Shown one piece after another: positions 17,601 through 27,212 of a stretch of DNA of 64,000 bases. The notes under the pieces were generated by a model. The model saw only the letters and a program-made list of their open reading frames with translations, ran no database searches and was not told the origin of the DNA. How positions within the stretch are numbered: the stretch's first letter is position 1; every line of letters begins with the position of its first letter. A program made the translations under genes and the position numbers. The stretch is from Terriglobia bacterium (GTDB lineage Bacteria > Acidobacteriota > Terriglobia > UBA7540): assembly GCA_035945515.1 (NCBI GenBank), contig DASZAE010000032.1, positions 45,082 through 109,081 of the forward strand. Reading direction: 5' to 3'.

Positions 17601-19653
17601 CGTAGGCAGTGCTCACATTCGAGACCGTGCCGATATCGCTGCCCGAGAGCGTCTGCTCGATGGGTCGCCCTAGCCCGTCAAGGGTAACGGTGGTCGAACT
17701 GCTAAGAGAACCGCTGACGGCGGTCGTTGTGACGACGCTCCACGAACTGCCGTTGCTTTCGTCGTTGTATGTCGTGGTCGTCTGGCCCTGGCCTGGCGGA
17801 TTGGTAGTTTGAGTGAGACGGTAAAGATTATCGTAGCTGAAGGTTGTGGTCTGGCTGTTGGGATTGGTTACGGAGGTAACCAATCCCGTGTTGCAGTCCC
17901 AGGTCATATTGCTGGTAAGCGAAAGCGGTTGGACGACAATGCTGGTGGGGAATGACCCATTGCACGACCCGCTTCCGTAATCGAACGTGGTGGCGTGCAG
18001 GCCATAATCTGTTGAGGTAGCCATTGTGCCGTTGGCGTTGTACGTGAAACCGCGCGCCAAACCACCAGACGATTCGCTGGTGAGATTGCCGTTGCCGTCG
18101 TAGCCGTAAGAGGTCTGGGAGACGGTACCTTGTTGTCCTTGGCCGTTTGTCCCCGTAATTGTAACCAGCGAAGGCCGGTCTAAAATGTTGTGGTTTGAAA
18201 GTGAAGCATACTGAGTGGTCGTCTCTCGCGCCAGTGTAATTCCGTAGTCGTATTCCTTCACATCGGTGGGCAGGCCGTAGCTGTTATAAGTGGCGATATT
18301 TTCCGATTCCAGACCTCCAGGCCAAGAGGTAACTGTTGCAACGCTGGTCATCGGGAAAGTTATTGTCGCACCGTTGCAGGGGGATGTAGTACCGTTATAG
18401 CAGGTGTAAATCGTTTTAAGCAGTGTGCTTGATCCTTGGTTAATCTGCTCCTCAGTTTGATAAATGCCATCAAATGTATATACAGTATGGTTGCCTTGCG
18501 GATCGACGACGGTAGTCGTCGCAGTAGGCCAGGCGCCTGAGCGCGTATAAGTCCAAGGCCCGTCCGGCGTCGTGCGCGTCAGACCCGCGGCGCTGCCATC
18601 AGAACAGTTGATCCCATTGTTGCTGCCGGAATAACTATAGCTAATCTTGCCGCCGGTCGGCAGCGTGACCGATGCAATGCGTCCGGTGACATTGTTTGGA
18701 TGTCCGGGCGTCGGCTCGTAGGTGAACGTGTACTGCGTGCCGTCAGGAAGCTGGATTGCGCTTACCAGATCTTGGGTATAAGGCCCATATTCAGAAACAT
18801 TGCTACAACCAAAGTTGGTTTGAACTGTCATCGCCGTATACGTCACGGTAACGGTAACCTGCTGATCCGAAGTATTGTCGTACGAGTACGTCATCGGGCT
18901 CGTGGGGGTTCCGTTACCGGCGATTGTGAGTGCAGTGAGCGCAAGCGTATCGGTAATCGTCTGCGATGTGCCGTTAGATGGATTCGTCGTCAGCGTGTTT
19001 CCGTTGGGATCGGTGACGCTTCCGTATCCGGAAGGGGATAACAGGTCAGCGTTTATTTGGAGACCGGAACGCGAATAGATAATGGGTGTCAACCAGTCGC
19101 TTATAGTGATGCCATACCCTGAATCATCGTCGGCAACATCAGAGGAACTAGAAGTGTACGAATCATATCCGCACGTATCATTTGACGACGAGTAAGTGCT
19201 CGTAGCGGCATGGAGGAATGGGTGGGAGGCCCCTGTTGTGTCAACATATTCCCAGTCAACGTAATCGAACCAGTACACGTATTCATTCCAGACCGACGAA
19301 TAACAGGAATGCTGCACCACATCATAGAGGATATAGCCGGGTCCAGGCTTAGTGCCTTCGCGCCAGCCCCAGTTGCTGTCTCTCGTCCATACATTTGAGC
19401 TTCCTGACCAAACTGGCGTCCACACGGAGCTGTTATATGTCAACGAATAATGGACCGGTAGTCCACGACCGGCTTTGCTCAGGATGGGAATCTCGAAGTA
19501 CACATTGAGATTGGCGTTGTTCACCATATCAAACCGGCCGGAGCTGAAACTAGAAAACGGCGGAACACCGGTGGCCACCTGGCCGAGCGCCGTCGCGACG
19601 GCAATGACCGCCATGCACACACAGCTACCGATCCCTTGCGTGATGTGTTTCAT
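14599..19653 (-). CDS. Rhs/YD-repeat polymorphic toxin with a Sec signal peptide and a C-terminal lytic transglycosylase (SLT) domain
   Basis: Many YD repeats (YDALGR, YDSLAR, YDGLN); core end NPIKLTDPSGL; tip KESS, ARGLMQV, NVQAGSTYL, ALAHYGTG. Confidence 0.93.
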   Translation of the reverse strand: MKHITQGIGSCVCMAVIAVATALGQVATGVPPFSSFSSGRFDMVNNANLNVYFEIPILSKAGRGLPVHYSLTYNSSVWTPVWSGSSNVWTRDSNWGWREGTKPGPGYILYDVVQHSCYSSVWNEYVYWFDYVDWEYVDTTGASHPFLHAATSTYSSSNDTCGYDSYTSSSSDVADDDSGYGITISDWLTPIIYSRSGLQINADLLSPSGYGSVTDPNGNTLTTNPSNGTSQTITDTLALTALTIAGNGTPTSPMTYSYDNTSDQQVTVTVTYTAMTVQTNFGCSNVSEYGPYTQDLVSAIQLPDGTQYTFTYEPTPGHPNNVTGRIASVTLPTGGKISYSYSGSNNGINCSDGSAAGLTRTTPDGPWTYTRSGAWPTATTTVVDPQGNHTVYTFDGIYQTEEQINQGSSTLLKTIYTCYNGTTSPCNGATITFPMTSVATVTSWPGGLESENIATYNSYGLPTDVKEYDYGITLARETTTQYASLSNHNILDRPSLVTITGTNGQGQQGTVSQTSYGYDGNGNLTSESSGGLARGFTYNANGTMATSTDYGLHATTFDYGSGSCNGSFPTSIVVQPLSLTSNMTWDCNTGLVTSVTNPNSQTTTFSYDNLYRLTQTTNPPGQGQTTTTYNDESNGSSWSVVTTTAVSGSLSSSTTVTLDGLGRPIEQTLSGSDIGTVSNVSTAYDSDGRVHSVSNPYVGSSTGGDTYSYDALGRVTSVSHADGNTINTSYSGNCSTTTDEATRARELCSDALGRLTQVHEDPSGLNYGTSYTYDGLNDLLTVSQSGQSRTYQYDSLARLIKAVTPESGTTTYGYSGCSGALSNVCTRTDGRGITTTYSYDALNRITGKSYSDGVTPSISYSYDQSACLGQPSCYNVGLQTGMVDGAGSEAWSYDSMGRVIADQRTTSGVTGTTDYGYNLDGSLNSIGYPSGRVVTYSRNGAAQITGVNFASFAGTPVNYNYLTSAQYAPSGEPASVTLGNGLTENWSYNNRLQPATLTLSSSVLTAMNLAYSFVDANGHNDGSMATITDNLNNGRTQSFTYDSLNRILTAKTQGTDPSYCYGYSYGYDQWANLTGVTDTQCTGYGLSVGTDGNNHLTGNYTYNAAGDMTYDNVNTYTYNAESEMTAAGSSSYKYDGEGRQVNNSAGTLFWYGQSGQVLAELQGGSNWSDYIYANGRRIAKADNFEYRIHIYGNNCSNCGNQYSGYAFLGPDGYGGYYNYVIQSGDKLCWRQWESGGWGGIMMIFQDGTNTNWVTYDQNGQLMNYDSTENTWLYRRVDLSAYAGKDLQSINLMQQAGATGGPWDMYFQDVTLVSADGTVRPLYNRETSISLNPWVTSGVSNWGYAIDYHTTGDPTSPDDTTNYYQADAVGSERMMTSVDGYPVWQAMYAPYGDEVSPQMTVNDYKFAGLTRDPVTGLDQAMLRTYSSSINRWLSPDLLGGDITNPQSLNRYAYAVNNPIKLTDPSGLDPCDNDPNPCVTVTAQAPPPIPPSQNPGCVADGSEGCIQPPCGLLPGVLGCGGIIQVTSYGAPGGVLTKTSAPKPNIITWPQLKNLVHANNESNLCDDVVDCIVFKESSRGGGFDANAVPPIDPKTGVPKSSARGLMQVTRPATVDLHRLYPANFPANTYDKLFNPVINVQAGSTYLDILVGRFGSLSTALAHYGTGPGYANDVLNCVKQLQAASHVR

Positions 19654-20504
19654 TGTTGTCCCCCTGTGGCGGCGGGTATGGCGGGCAGTGCAAACTCGCC
19701 CGCCGATAGACCGCTATTTACGGCTGCGCCGCTTACTTCAAGATCGAGCAGCAGACTGTGCTGAATGAATTTCTGAATATGGAACGGCACGAGCACCCCA
19801 CTCACCGGGCGGTAATCGGAGAACTCAACATCCAACGGGATATCCTGGTAAAAGTTCTTGTCGGGATGCGTGTTGAACTCGATTTCGACGGGTAAGAGGC
19901 TGGAAGAGTCAAGGTAGAAATGAACCGTGCTAAGCTTCTGGATTTCAGCCGTAACCGTCGCGCTTTGATTGGGCATCACGCGCGAGAGCACTAACTCTTC
20001 CACCGCTTCGCCGTTGATGGTGGTTGGCCCGGCAAAGGCGACAGAGAGGGTGGGATCGGCAGCGGCATTTTCCAGGGTGAGGAGCGGATAGAACCAACTG
20101 GCATCCGCCCAGCAGTTGTGCCCGGCCATGGGGTGAGCCGCGCCGTCTGTGCCCGACCACGCGCCCATAAAACCGTTGCGAATTTCCTGGCGCTGGCCGT
20201 TATCCAGGTTGAGCGTCACGCGGCTTTGCTCGGCGCCCAAGGCCTGGAGCGTGGCCGTGCCTGTTTCCTGGTCCGATCCGGCCGTATAGGTAGCACTGGC
20301 AGTGAGGCTCACATCGGTTATGGCTGTGGGGGTGCTTTTGAGCCGTGATAAGACCTGACTCAAAAGCACGACCGCTTGCGGGTCGCGCACCGGCGCAGGC
20401 ATCGTTGAGGGCGATTGCCCTGCTTGCCCGAATGCCGGCGCCGCTGCGAATAGGATTACAAGGAAGACACCAAGGCGAAGTGACGATCTTTCGCAAACGC
20501 GCAT
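19650..20504 (-). CDS. Exported LolA-like / outer-membrane lipoprotein-sorting-fold protein
   Basis: Signal peptide; C-terminal VEFSDYRPVSGVLVPFHI..VNSGL; ATGA-coupled to the Rhs gene. Confidence 0.6.
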   Translation of the reverse strand: MRVCERSSLRLGVFLVILFAAAPAFGQAGQSPSTMPAPVRDPQAVVLLSQVLSRLKSTPTAITDVSLTASATYTAGSDQETGTATLQALGAEQSRVTLNLDNGQRQEIRNGFMGAWSGTDGAAHPMAGHNCWADASWFYPLLTLENAAADPTLSVAFAGPTTINGEAVEELVLSRVMPNQSATVTAEIQKLSTVHFYLDSSSLLPVEIEFNTHPDKNFYQDIPLDVEFSDYRPVSGVLVPFHIQKFIQHSLLLDLEVSGAAVNSGLSAGEFALPAIPAATGGQQ

Positions 20505-20695
20505 AGTTCACCTCTGCGTTAAAACTGCGGCTGCTGTAAAGGGCCTATTATTTCAGGGTGTTAAGGGAGGGAACGAACTGCGTGTGACTATCTTCTGTCG
20601 CCCCCCTCGCTTCAATCCGCGTTGGTGATGTCAGCCGGCGCACCGTCCGGCACGAACATGGAATTTCGGATAACCAACCGGATAATAGCCAGTCT

Positions 20696-20724
20696 TTTTT
20701 ACAGCTTGAGCTTAGAGAGGTCAA
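20696..20724 (-). promoter_or_regulatory. Possible sigma70 promoter of the LolA-like/Rhs operon
   Basis: TTGACC-17 nt-TAAAAA on the minus strand; TTATCCG direct repeat just downstream (20667-20685). Confidence 0.35.
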
Positions 20725-20750
20725 GAAGAATCGCTTTGCAAAAACGCTGA

Positions 20751-21116
20751 TTATTCTAATCCGTCGCGGCGGGCGCGGTACCGGGATGGAGTGATGTTGA
20801 ACCTTCTGCTGAAGTCGCGGTTGAAATTTGAGACATGCCGGTATCCGATAGAGAGAGCAATCTCCTTGATGCTCAACTCGTCATCGAGCAACCGTTGAGC
20901 GGCTGCTCTGAGGCGCGCCTCGCGCAGGAAGTTTTGAAAGGTGACCCCGGTTTCTTTCCGGAAGAGATATCGGAAGTGCGATCCGCTTACGCCAAGTGAC
21001 TTCGTAAGATCACGAACAGTTAGTTTTTCGTTGAAACGAGTCGCGATGATTCCTAAAGCGAATTTAATCCGGGGGTCCACACCAGCCTCGCAAGAAAGGG
21101 TCCAGAAGTCAGACAT
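20751..21116 (-). CDS. Stand-alone AraC-family HTH regulator
   Basis: LGVSGSHFRYLFRKETG, LSIKEIALSIGY..SNFNRDF....ITPSRYR. Confidence 0.9.
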   Translation of the reverse strand: MSDFWTLSCEAGVDPRIKFALGIIATRFNEKLTVRDLTKSLGVSGSHFRYLFRKETGVTFQNFLREARLRAAAQRLLDDELSIKEIALSIGYRHVSNFNRDFSRRFNITPSRYRARRDGLE

Positions 21117-22087
21117 AGTTTTTTTTCGTCAGATTTCTTGGGCTTCAGGAGGGTCAGCTTTGCACAGTTGGCGGCCTGCGGTGAACACTCAGAAGCCCGC
21201 CTAAACAAAACCTGAAGTTGACAATTCGGATGACCGGCAACGCTTCTCTTTGCCGGCTTGGCCCCTTATGCCGCCGCGTTGATGGCGCTGGGCTGGATGC
21301 CTGGCTAAAGTCAACGCAACTGAGTGCAACAAATGAACTGATCGAGAGAAAGGACACTCCATGGTTCCATCTGAGGTACTACCCTGCATCGACATCAGGG
21401 AACTGACGAAGGTTTGGTTCTAGTCCCAGCAGCCGACGGAGACACGTGTGGCGGATGCTCTCATACGCCTCACGAGCTCCTGATCTCCAAATTGAGAGAG
21501 TGCAATTAGGACACCCGAGGAAGAGATATCTGACATCGAGTTAGAGCTGGCGGAGTTGGCGATTGTTCTGGAGAGCGTTGACTTCCGTAGAGCGGAAGAC
21601 CAGGGCACATCGAGCGATCTCGTTTTGGCCCCGCTTGTGGGCGGCGACGGAGTTCCTCACGGCCGTCGGACACGACTGGGAAAATGAGTTGAGCTTCGAC
21701 TGCCACGAGTCGTATGTGGTGCGACGGCGGGTTCCGAAGGGCCTGGTTAGCTACTTGGTCCGGCTTCTGCGAGGTGGTCGGGCTGTGACTGATATTCCCA
21801 CTGAGGCGCGATACGTTGAGTTCCGGCAGAAATGTGCCGAGCTCGCCAAGAAGTTTACGGGTGCGTTGAAGCGGCACGTTGAGTGCGGCGGCACGAAACC
21901 GCGCGTAGGAGGCCCTGGGGAGTCGAGCTGCTCCGATAGTTTGTGTAAAGAGTCCGCGCCAATCAAGGCGCGCACTAGATCGATTGGCGCGATAGCGGGC
22001 CGGCGCATGTAATAAAGGCTCTTTTGTGAACTCTCAAAACTACAGGCAGCTTGACCGCCTGATCTCATACGAAAGAAGGTGCACTAT

Positions 22088-22546
22088 ATGCACGAGGTGG
22101 TACTTATCTGCGACGGGTCTGCTATCGGGAATCCTGGCCCTTCAGGCTGGGCTTGTATCTTGAAGCTCAAATCTGGCGCGCAGGAGCGAGTGGTCACTGG
22201 CAGTCATCCGGCGTCCACCAACAACCGTGCTGAATTGATGGCGGCTATCGACGGTTTGAGGGCTTTGAAACAGCCATGCCACATTGAACTGGTCAGCGAT
22301 TCGCAATACCTTAAGAAAGGGATTACGGAATGGCTTCCGAAATGGCAGGCAAATGGTTTTGTCAGCGCCTCCGGCAAGCCGGTCCTGAACCAGGACTTAT
22401 GGCATCAGCTCAAGCAACTGGTCGAGCAGCACGAAATTCAATGGAGCTGGACGCAAGGACACGGAGACGACAGTGATCAGAACCGTGCTGATCAGTTGGC
22501 CCTACAAGCGGCGCGGCAGCAAGCGGCGGTAATGACGCACGGATAG
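22088..22546 (+). CDS. rnhA: Ribonuclease HI
   Basis: CDGSAIGNPGPSGW, TNNRAELMA, SDSQY, VLNQDLW, GH..NRADQLA. Confidence 0.93.
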   Translation: MHEVVLICDGSAIGNPGPSGWACILKLKSGAQERVVTGSHPASTNNRAELMAAIDGLRALKQPCHIELVSDSQYLKKGITEWLPKWQANGFVSASGKPVLNQDLWHQLKQLVEQHEIQWSWTQGHGDDSDQNRADQLALQAARQQAAVMTHG

Positions 22547-22701
22547 CGCGAGGGTGTACTTATAATGATACGCTCCCGCATCCGTGCCTCCCCTTAGGGG
22601 TTTGATGACGCAAAGGGTCGAAAACACGATGTCAGTGTTTGTGAGCAGGCAGCCGTTCGCACGTCGGCTTCGGTATACTTTCGTTTGAAGGAATACTCAA
22701 A

Positions 22702-23163
22702 ATGGAAATTCCGCCACCAACGAGCGCTGCTGAATCTGAGTCGGTCCATATGACCCGCCGTTTTGCTGGCCCACCGGAACGTGTTTTCGAAGCCTGGGTC
22801 AATCCTGCGCTTCTGCGGTGCTGGTTGGCTCCAATTGCGGAGGCAGATGGGCGCGCTGGTGGCCGCTTACGACTTGAAGTGTCGAAACCTGGGGGCGCGC
22901 ATGTAGTCAGCGGCGAATATCTGGAATTCCTCCCCAGCCAGGGCCTCGTGATGACTTGGGTGTACGAGGGCCCAATGGCGCCAGAGGGGAAAATGGAAGC
23001 ACTGCTGAGAGTGGATTTTCACAAGCAAGGGCTTTACACCGAAATCAACCTGCACCACGAGCGCCTGGCCAATCCTCGCTATCTCGAGACTATTAGGCAA
23101 GGCGCATGGAGTCATGCTTTGGACGCGCTGGACGCGCTCCTGGATAAAAGTCCTACAAAGTGA
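22702..23163 (+). CDS. SRPBCC/AHSA1-like domain protein
   Basis: TRRFAGPPERVFEAWVNP..W, LVMTW, GAWSHALDAL. Confidence 0.85.
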   Translation: MEIPPPTSAAESESVHMTRRFAGPPERVFEAWVNPALLRCWLAPIAEADGRAGGRLRLEVSKPGGAHVVSGEYLEFLPSQGLVMTWVYEGPMAPEGKMEALLRVDFHKQGLYTEINLHHERLANPRYLETIRQGAWSHALDALDALLDKSPTK

Positions 23164-23388
23164 AGTGATGCCCTGGCTGAAGCAGACTTCACTTGTCACC
23201 TGCCGATTCCACAGAAGGCGCTGGCTTAGTGCTCGCAACGCGGTTGGTCGCGGCCGATGCGATGGTTTTTCCGGTGGCCAAGGTGGCACGTTGGCCAACC
23301 CTAAACGAGCAGCATTGTGGCTTCCTTGTCTACGGCTTCCTCAGAAATCGCTACTTTGCGGTCCATCGCGCGTAACCTTAATAATTAA

Positions 23389-24108
23389 GGCTCTCGACTA
23401 GCAGAGAGGGTGATTTTTAGCGATTATAGCAAGTTGACGGAAGAGGTCATCGGTCTTTTTTGCCCAACGCCATTCGCATTCTTTTAGGTGAAGGTCGAAG
23501 TTCTTTTTAACGCCGTTAAACTTGGAAAGCCGCCGTTTCACAAACGACCAGAAGCTTTCGATGCCATTGATGTGAACACCATGCGCAGCGAAGCTTTGGG
23601 ATTTGTTGATGCGAAGATGCTTGTCGAAGCCGACGTCAACCAACCCGTCGTAACCGCGCCAGCCATCGGTATGCACCACGCTCTCGGACGAGACCTGTCC
23701 GCGAATGGCTTTTTGCAGGGTTTTGGCTGAGCAATCCGGCACGATCTCGGTGTAGACTCGTCCCTCGCGCTCGAAGATGCCGAACACCGGCTGCTTTAAG
23801 GTTCCGCGCCCGCGCTTGCGGGGGCCAGGGCGGCCACGGATGCGGCTGGGGCCGAAGAAACTTTCGTCCACCTCGACCACGCCGTAGAGCACCTCGCGTT
23901 CGGTGGTTCGATGGGCATGAATGGCTTTTCGGAACCCCTGGTAATAACGGTTGATCGTGTTGCGATTGATCCCCAAAATCTCGGCGGCTTGCGTCGCGGT
24001 GACATCTATGCAGAAGAGCCTCATTATTTTTTTGACCTTGTAGGCGCTCAGAGGCCTGTTATTCTTCATCTTCTCACACTAGCAGGTACTCTCTGCTAGT
24101 CGAGAGCC
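23389..24108 (-). mobile_element. IS1595-family element (IS1016-like size, 720 bp)
   Basis: Perfect 20-bp TIR GGCTCTCGACTAGCAGAGAG; flanking TAATTAA duplication (23382-23388, 24109-24115). Confidence 0.95.
23398..24069 (-). CDS. IS1595 DDE transposase
   Basis: VEVDESFFG, KRGRG, VHTDGWRGY, HINGIESFWS, LKECEWR. Confidence 0.95.
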   Translation of the reverse strand: MKNNRPLSAYKVKKIMRLFCIDVTATQAAEILGINRNTINRYYQGFRKAIHAHRTTEREVLYGVVEVDESFFGPSRIRGRPGPRKRGRGTLKQPVFGIFEREGRVYTEIVPDCSAKTLQKAIRGQVSSESVVHTDGWRGYDGLVDVGFDKHLRINKSQSFAAHGVHINGIESFWSFVKRRLSKFNGVKKNFDLHLKECEWRWAKKTDDLFRQLAIIAKNHPLC

Positions 24109-24322
24109 TAATTAATTATCACATATACGCACAGTGCGGTCATGGGTGACTCTCGTCCCCGGAGCAATCGTACCCTCAATTCCTTTTTCAGGTATGCGCC
24201 GGACCGCAACGCGCCGTTTCGACGGTGCGTCTGGAGGCGGTCGCCCACTATCTATTTGTTGTTCGACTGGTGCGCGGCAGGCAAGCACCTAATTTTATCA
24301 ACTCTCACACAGGAGGATACTT

Positions 24323-24772
24323 ATGTTTGGCAAAGTTACGTTAACCCCAGTCGACGAGGTTTCGAGAGAAGAACCCCTTGAGTTGGCGGTAGCGAAGCTC
24401 CTCGCAATAACCGATGGTGCTGAAATTGCCCGGTGGGTGCAGTTTCGGGCCGGTTTATTGGTTTTCGTCGTGGTACCTGGTGATCCGGAATCCGGAGGGA
24501 TTTATGTTTTGGACCGGAAAGCTGGAACATGGTACTTCGTGGACTTCGAGGATGACAAGTACGGTGGCTACTCGGAAGCCGATTTCGATTATCTGATGCG
24601 CGAGTGTTGCTTCGCGCGGTTGGTGGAACAACCGCGTCTACTCGAATCGTGCCGCTGGCAGGTGACCCCAGGCGTTGGTCCGGAACTGCTGGGCGCAGTT
24701 CCCCGGCAGCGCCAGGAACAACACAGAAAGAACGGAAGATTTAACTTGACAAGTTCCGCAATTCAGGCTTAG
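24323..24772 (+). CDS. Hypothetical protein
   Basis: AGGAGG RBS; 149-aa ORF. Confidence 0.7.
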   Translation: MFGKVTLTPVDEVSREEPLELAVAKLLAITDGAEIARWVQFRAGLLVFVVVPGDPESGGIYVLDRKAGTWYFVDFEDDKYGGYSEADFDYLMRECCFARLVEQPRLLESCRWQVTPGVGPELLGAVPRQRQEQHRKNGRFNLTSSAIQA

Positions 24773-24899
24773 AAAGAGAGTGGAGTTCCTGTTCCCTCCA
24801 TTTCACGCGCTGGCGGATTCTGACCGGCGCAGTTCCTCTGTTTTGCTTTAACAATTCCCCTAACATCGCATGTGAGCTTTTGCCTCGCGGAGGTGTGCC

Positions 24900-25868
24900 A
24901 TGAAGATCGAAGCGAGCGCCGCAGTGGTGTCGGACTATGCGCAGCTTTTCGTCAACCGGGGCGCCTACACGGTGCAAGCATCGAAGCCCCACCCGGAAAG
25001 CGGACGGTACTACTACTATCGCCCGACGGACAAGGCAACCGGCAAGGCGCCCGGCCTCACCGCCGACACTTTGCGGCGGCACCTGGAGGGTGAGATCACC
25101 ATCGCCCTCTACGCCATTAACCCGGCGACCCAGTGCTCGAAGTGGGTCGCCATTGACGCCGATTACAAGCCGGCGATGGATGACTTGTTGAAAGTACAAA
25201 GCGACCTTGAGCGGCAGAAAATCTACGCGGCGCTCGAGAAGAGCCGGCGGGGCGGACATCTGTGGATTTTCTTCGCCGATCCGCAGGCTGCGCGTGATGG
25301 CCGTATCTTAATCCACGATGTCGCATCGCGGTTAAGCGTTCCGGTAAAAGGCAACGGCACAGACGATGGGATCGAAATATTTCCAAAGCAAGACCAGGTT
25401 GGAAAAGGCGAGTTCGGAAACGCGATTCGCGGGCCGCTTGGCATCCATCGCGGCGCCGGTCAGCGCTTTTGGTTCTACGGGGCGAACTACGACTTGGTGA
25501 GCCAGTTGTCGTATCTGAAACGCCTGCCGAAGGTAACTGCGAAGCAATTGCGGCAAGTGATCGCGGGAAAGGCAGCGCCAGGAGCAGCGACCAATTCTGA
25601 AGTGAAGCGGAGATCCTTCGTTTCACGATCGCGTGGAGAGCATAAGGAATTTCGAATACTCGATCACCTCTCTGCGAAGCTCCGCACAGTCGGGCGGAAC
25701 TATGTGACGCAGTGCCCGTCTTGCGCGGCAGCGGGGCATGATCGGGCAGGCGATAACCTGGCGGTGCGTATTGACGATCCAAGGTTCTACCAATGTTGGG
25801 CTGGCTGCACGAAAGACATGATCCGGGAAGCCCTAGGCTGCCCAATCCGCTACCGGCAATCGATTTAG
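24900..25868 (+). CDS. Archaeo-eukaryotic primase (AEP, TOTE-like) with a C-terminal Zn finger
   Basis: WVAIDAD, SRRGGHLWIFF, IEIFPKQ..GNAIRGPL; CPSC..H..CWAGC. Confidence 0.85.
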   Translation: MKIEASAAVVSDYAQLFVNRGAYTVQASKPHPESGRYYYYRPTDKATGKAPGLTADTLRRHLEGEITIALYAINPATQCSKWVAIDADYKPAMDDLLKVQSDLERQKIYAALEKSRRGGHLWIFFADPQAARDGRILIHDVASRLSVPVKGNGTDDGIEIFPKQDQVGKGEFGNAIRGPLGIHRGAGQRFWFYGANYDLVSQLSYLKRLPKVTAKQLRQVIAGKAAPGAATNSEVKRRSFVSRSRGEHKEFRILDHLSAKLRTVGRNYVTQCPSCAAAGHDRAGDNLAVRIDDPRFYQCWAGCTKDMIREALGCPIRYRQSI

Positions 25869-25877
25869 GAGGATTCG

Positions 25878-26501
25878 ATGGGGAAGAATCGGAATTTCTT
25901 TGGGCTGGCGCTGCCAGAGGTAGCGCGGGAGAAGCTGCGAAGGGCAGGAATCTTTGTGCAAACCGTGGTTACGGTCGAGCACCAGAACATGGCGCAGCGG
26001 TATGTGGTGCGCGGCGTCGAGTCAGGTGGAGCGGTCGAGGACTTCGGCCACTACGTGACCTTCGCGGCAGAGGATGGCAGTCCTTTGCCGTGGCTTTGCC
26101 CAGTTGAGTCGCTGGCGGTCAATGGGCCTCATGCAGTAGTGGTAGCCCCTGTACTGGTACGGGCTGAGATGCTGCGGGCAGGCAACACGCATGAATTGCT
26201 CATCACGCGGCATCAGCCTGATGCGAGGAGAAACGGAAAAAAGCCAGCACTTCTGACCGCAGTTGTATTCCGTGGAGAACATGGGCTTTTCGGCGCTGGC
26301 GAGGCAGGCCTCCCGAGATTCTTCACCCGAGCTGGCGAGCCGCTCGGTGTGCCGGAAAGGTTTGTGCGCCTTGTCACGAGCCTAACGGCAGCGGCGCGCT
26401 GCGCCGGTTGCAGCCACAACCACTACCTGATCGATCCGGCCGCGGGTAAAGGAGCGAGCAGTCGCGGCGATGACTCACGAATCGTGGCAGCGAGCCTTTG
26501 A
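25878..26501 (+). CDS. Hypothetical protein with a C-terminal CxxCxHxH motif
   Basis: AGGAGG RBS; 207-aa ORF. Confidence 0.7.
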   Translation: MGKNRNFFGLALPEVAREKLRRAGIFVQTVVTVEHQNMAQRYVVRGVESGGAVEDFGHYVTFAAEDGSPLPWLCPVESLAVNGPHAVVVAPVLVRAEMLRAGNTHELLITRHQPDARRNGKKPALLTAVVFRGEHGLFGAGEAGLPRFFTRAGEPLGVPERFVRLVTSLTAAARCAGCSHNHYLIDPAAGKGASSRGDDSRIVAASL

Positions 26502-26520
26502 AGACGGAGGAGCGTGCGGC

Positions 26521-26805
26521 ATGAAGAGATTCGCGATTGGCACGGCGCTCTGGCTCGGGATTGTGGGGGCTGTTGTGGTGATTGCGTTGCGGTGGCCGGT
26601 GGTGTTTTGGCTGGTGGTGCTAATCGCCTGCGTTTATCTGGTATTTGGATGGAGGACCAGTATTGACCTGCGGATCGGCGCCGGCAATGGCGAGCGAGAG
26701 AGGCGGTTGTACGCGGTCGTGGTTTGGAAACGGAAAGGGAAGAGCGACAGTCTGGATTCCGAGGTCGATGGCATGAAGTTGGAGGATCGAGTTCAAGGCC
26801 GGTGA
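26521..26805 (+). CDS. Small membrane protein
   Basis: GGAGGAG RBS; two hydrophobic helices. Confidence 0.55.
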   Translation: MKRFAIGTALWLGIVGAVVVIALRWPVVFWLVVLIACVYLVFGWRTSIDLRIGAGNGERERRLYAVVVWKRKGKSDSLDSEVDGMKLEDRVQGR

Positions 26806-27200
26806 AATTTAGCTCCACAGCAAGCATAACGCGGCAGGTCATCCTGGCGGGGACGCTTGCGTTTCTGCTGCTTGCAGGCTGCTGTCTTCTAATCATCGGA
26901 CTGAACCACAGCGGATGGATTTTCACGGCCGGGTGCTGCTTGATCGAAATTGGATATGCAGGAGCGCGGTGGGTCACGGGCAAAAAGTCTCACATCGAGT
27001 GGCTGCTTATGAGCGCCAAAGGTTTCATCACGCGCTGGCGCGAGAAACGGGAGGAGAGCAAGGCACGGCGGTATCAAGCCCGCGAGTGGGCAGCGGCGCG
27101 GGATGCGCACCTCGAAAGGCAGATAAATGAACTCGCGGAGCTTCATGTTGCAACCCGGCTGGCAGAGCTCGAAAGGGCCGAAGAGTTAAGAAGCCGGTAG
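26802..27200 (+). CDS. Membrane protein with a coiled-coil tail
   Basis: GTGA overlap; 2 TM. Confidence 0.55.
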   Translation: MKFSSTASITRQVILAGTLAFLLLAGCCLLIIGLNHSGWIFTAGCCLIEIGYAGARWVTGKKSHIEWLLMSAKGFITRWREKREESKARRYQAREWAAARDAHLERQINELAELHVATRLAELERAEELRSR

Positions 27201-27212
27201 GAGTGGAGTGAG

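Noticed and set aside
14599-20504. Reading the Rhs locus as T6SS cargo
   Set aside because: No PAAR domain, VgrG, Hcp or EagR in the window, and the Rhs starts with a signal peptide
21154-22068. Several overlapping ORFs, including 21563-22012
   Set aside because: No recognisable family and no clear start; I cannot choose a frame, possibly a degraded gene
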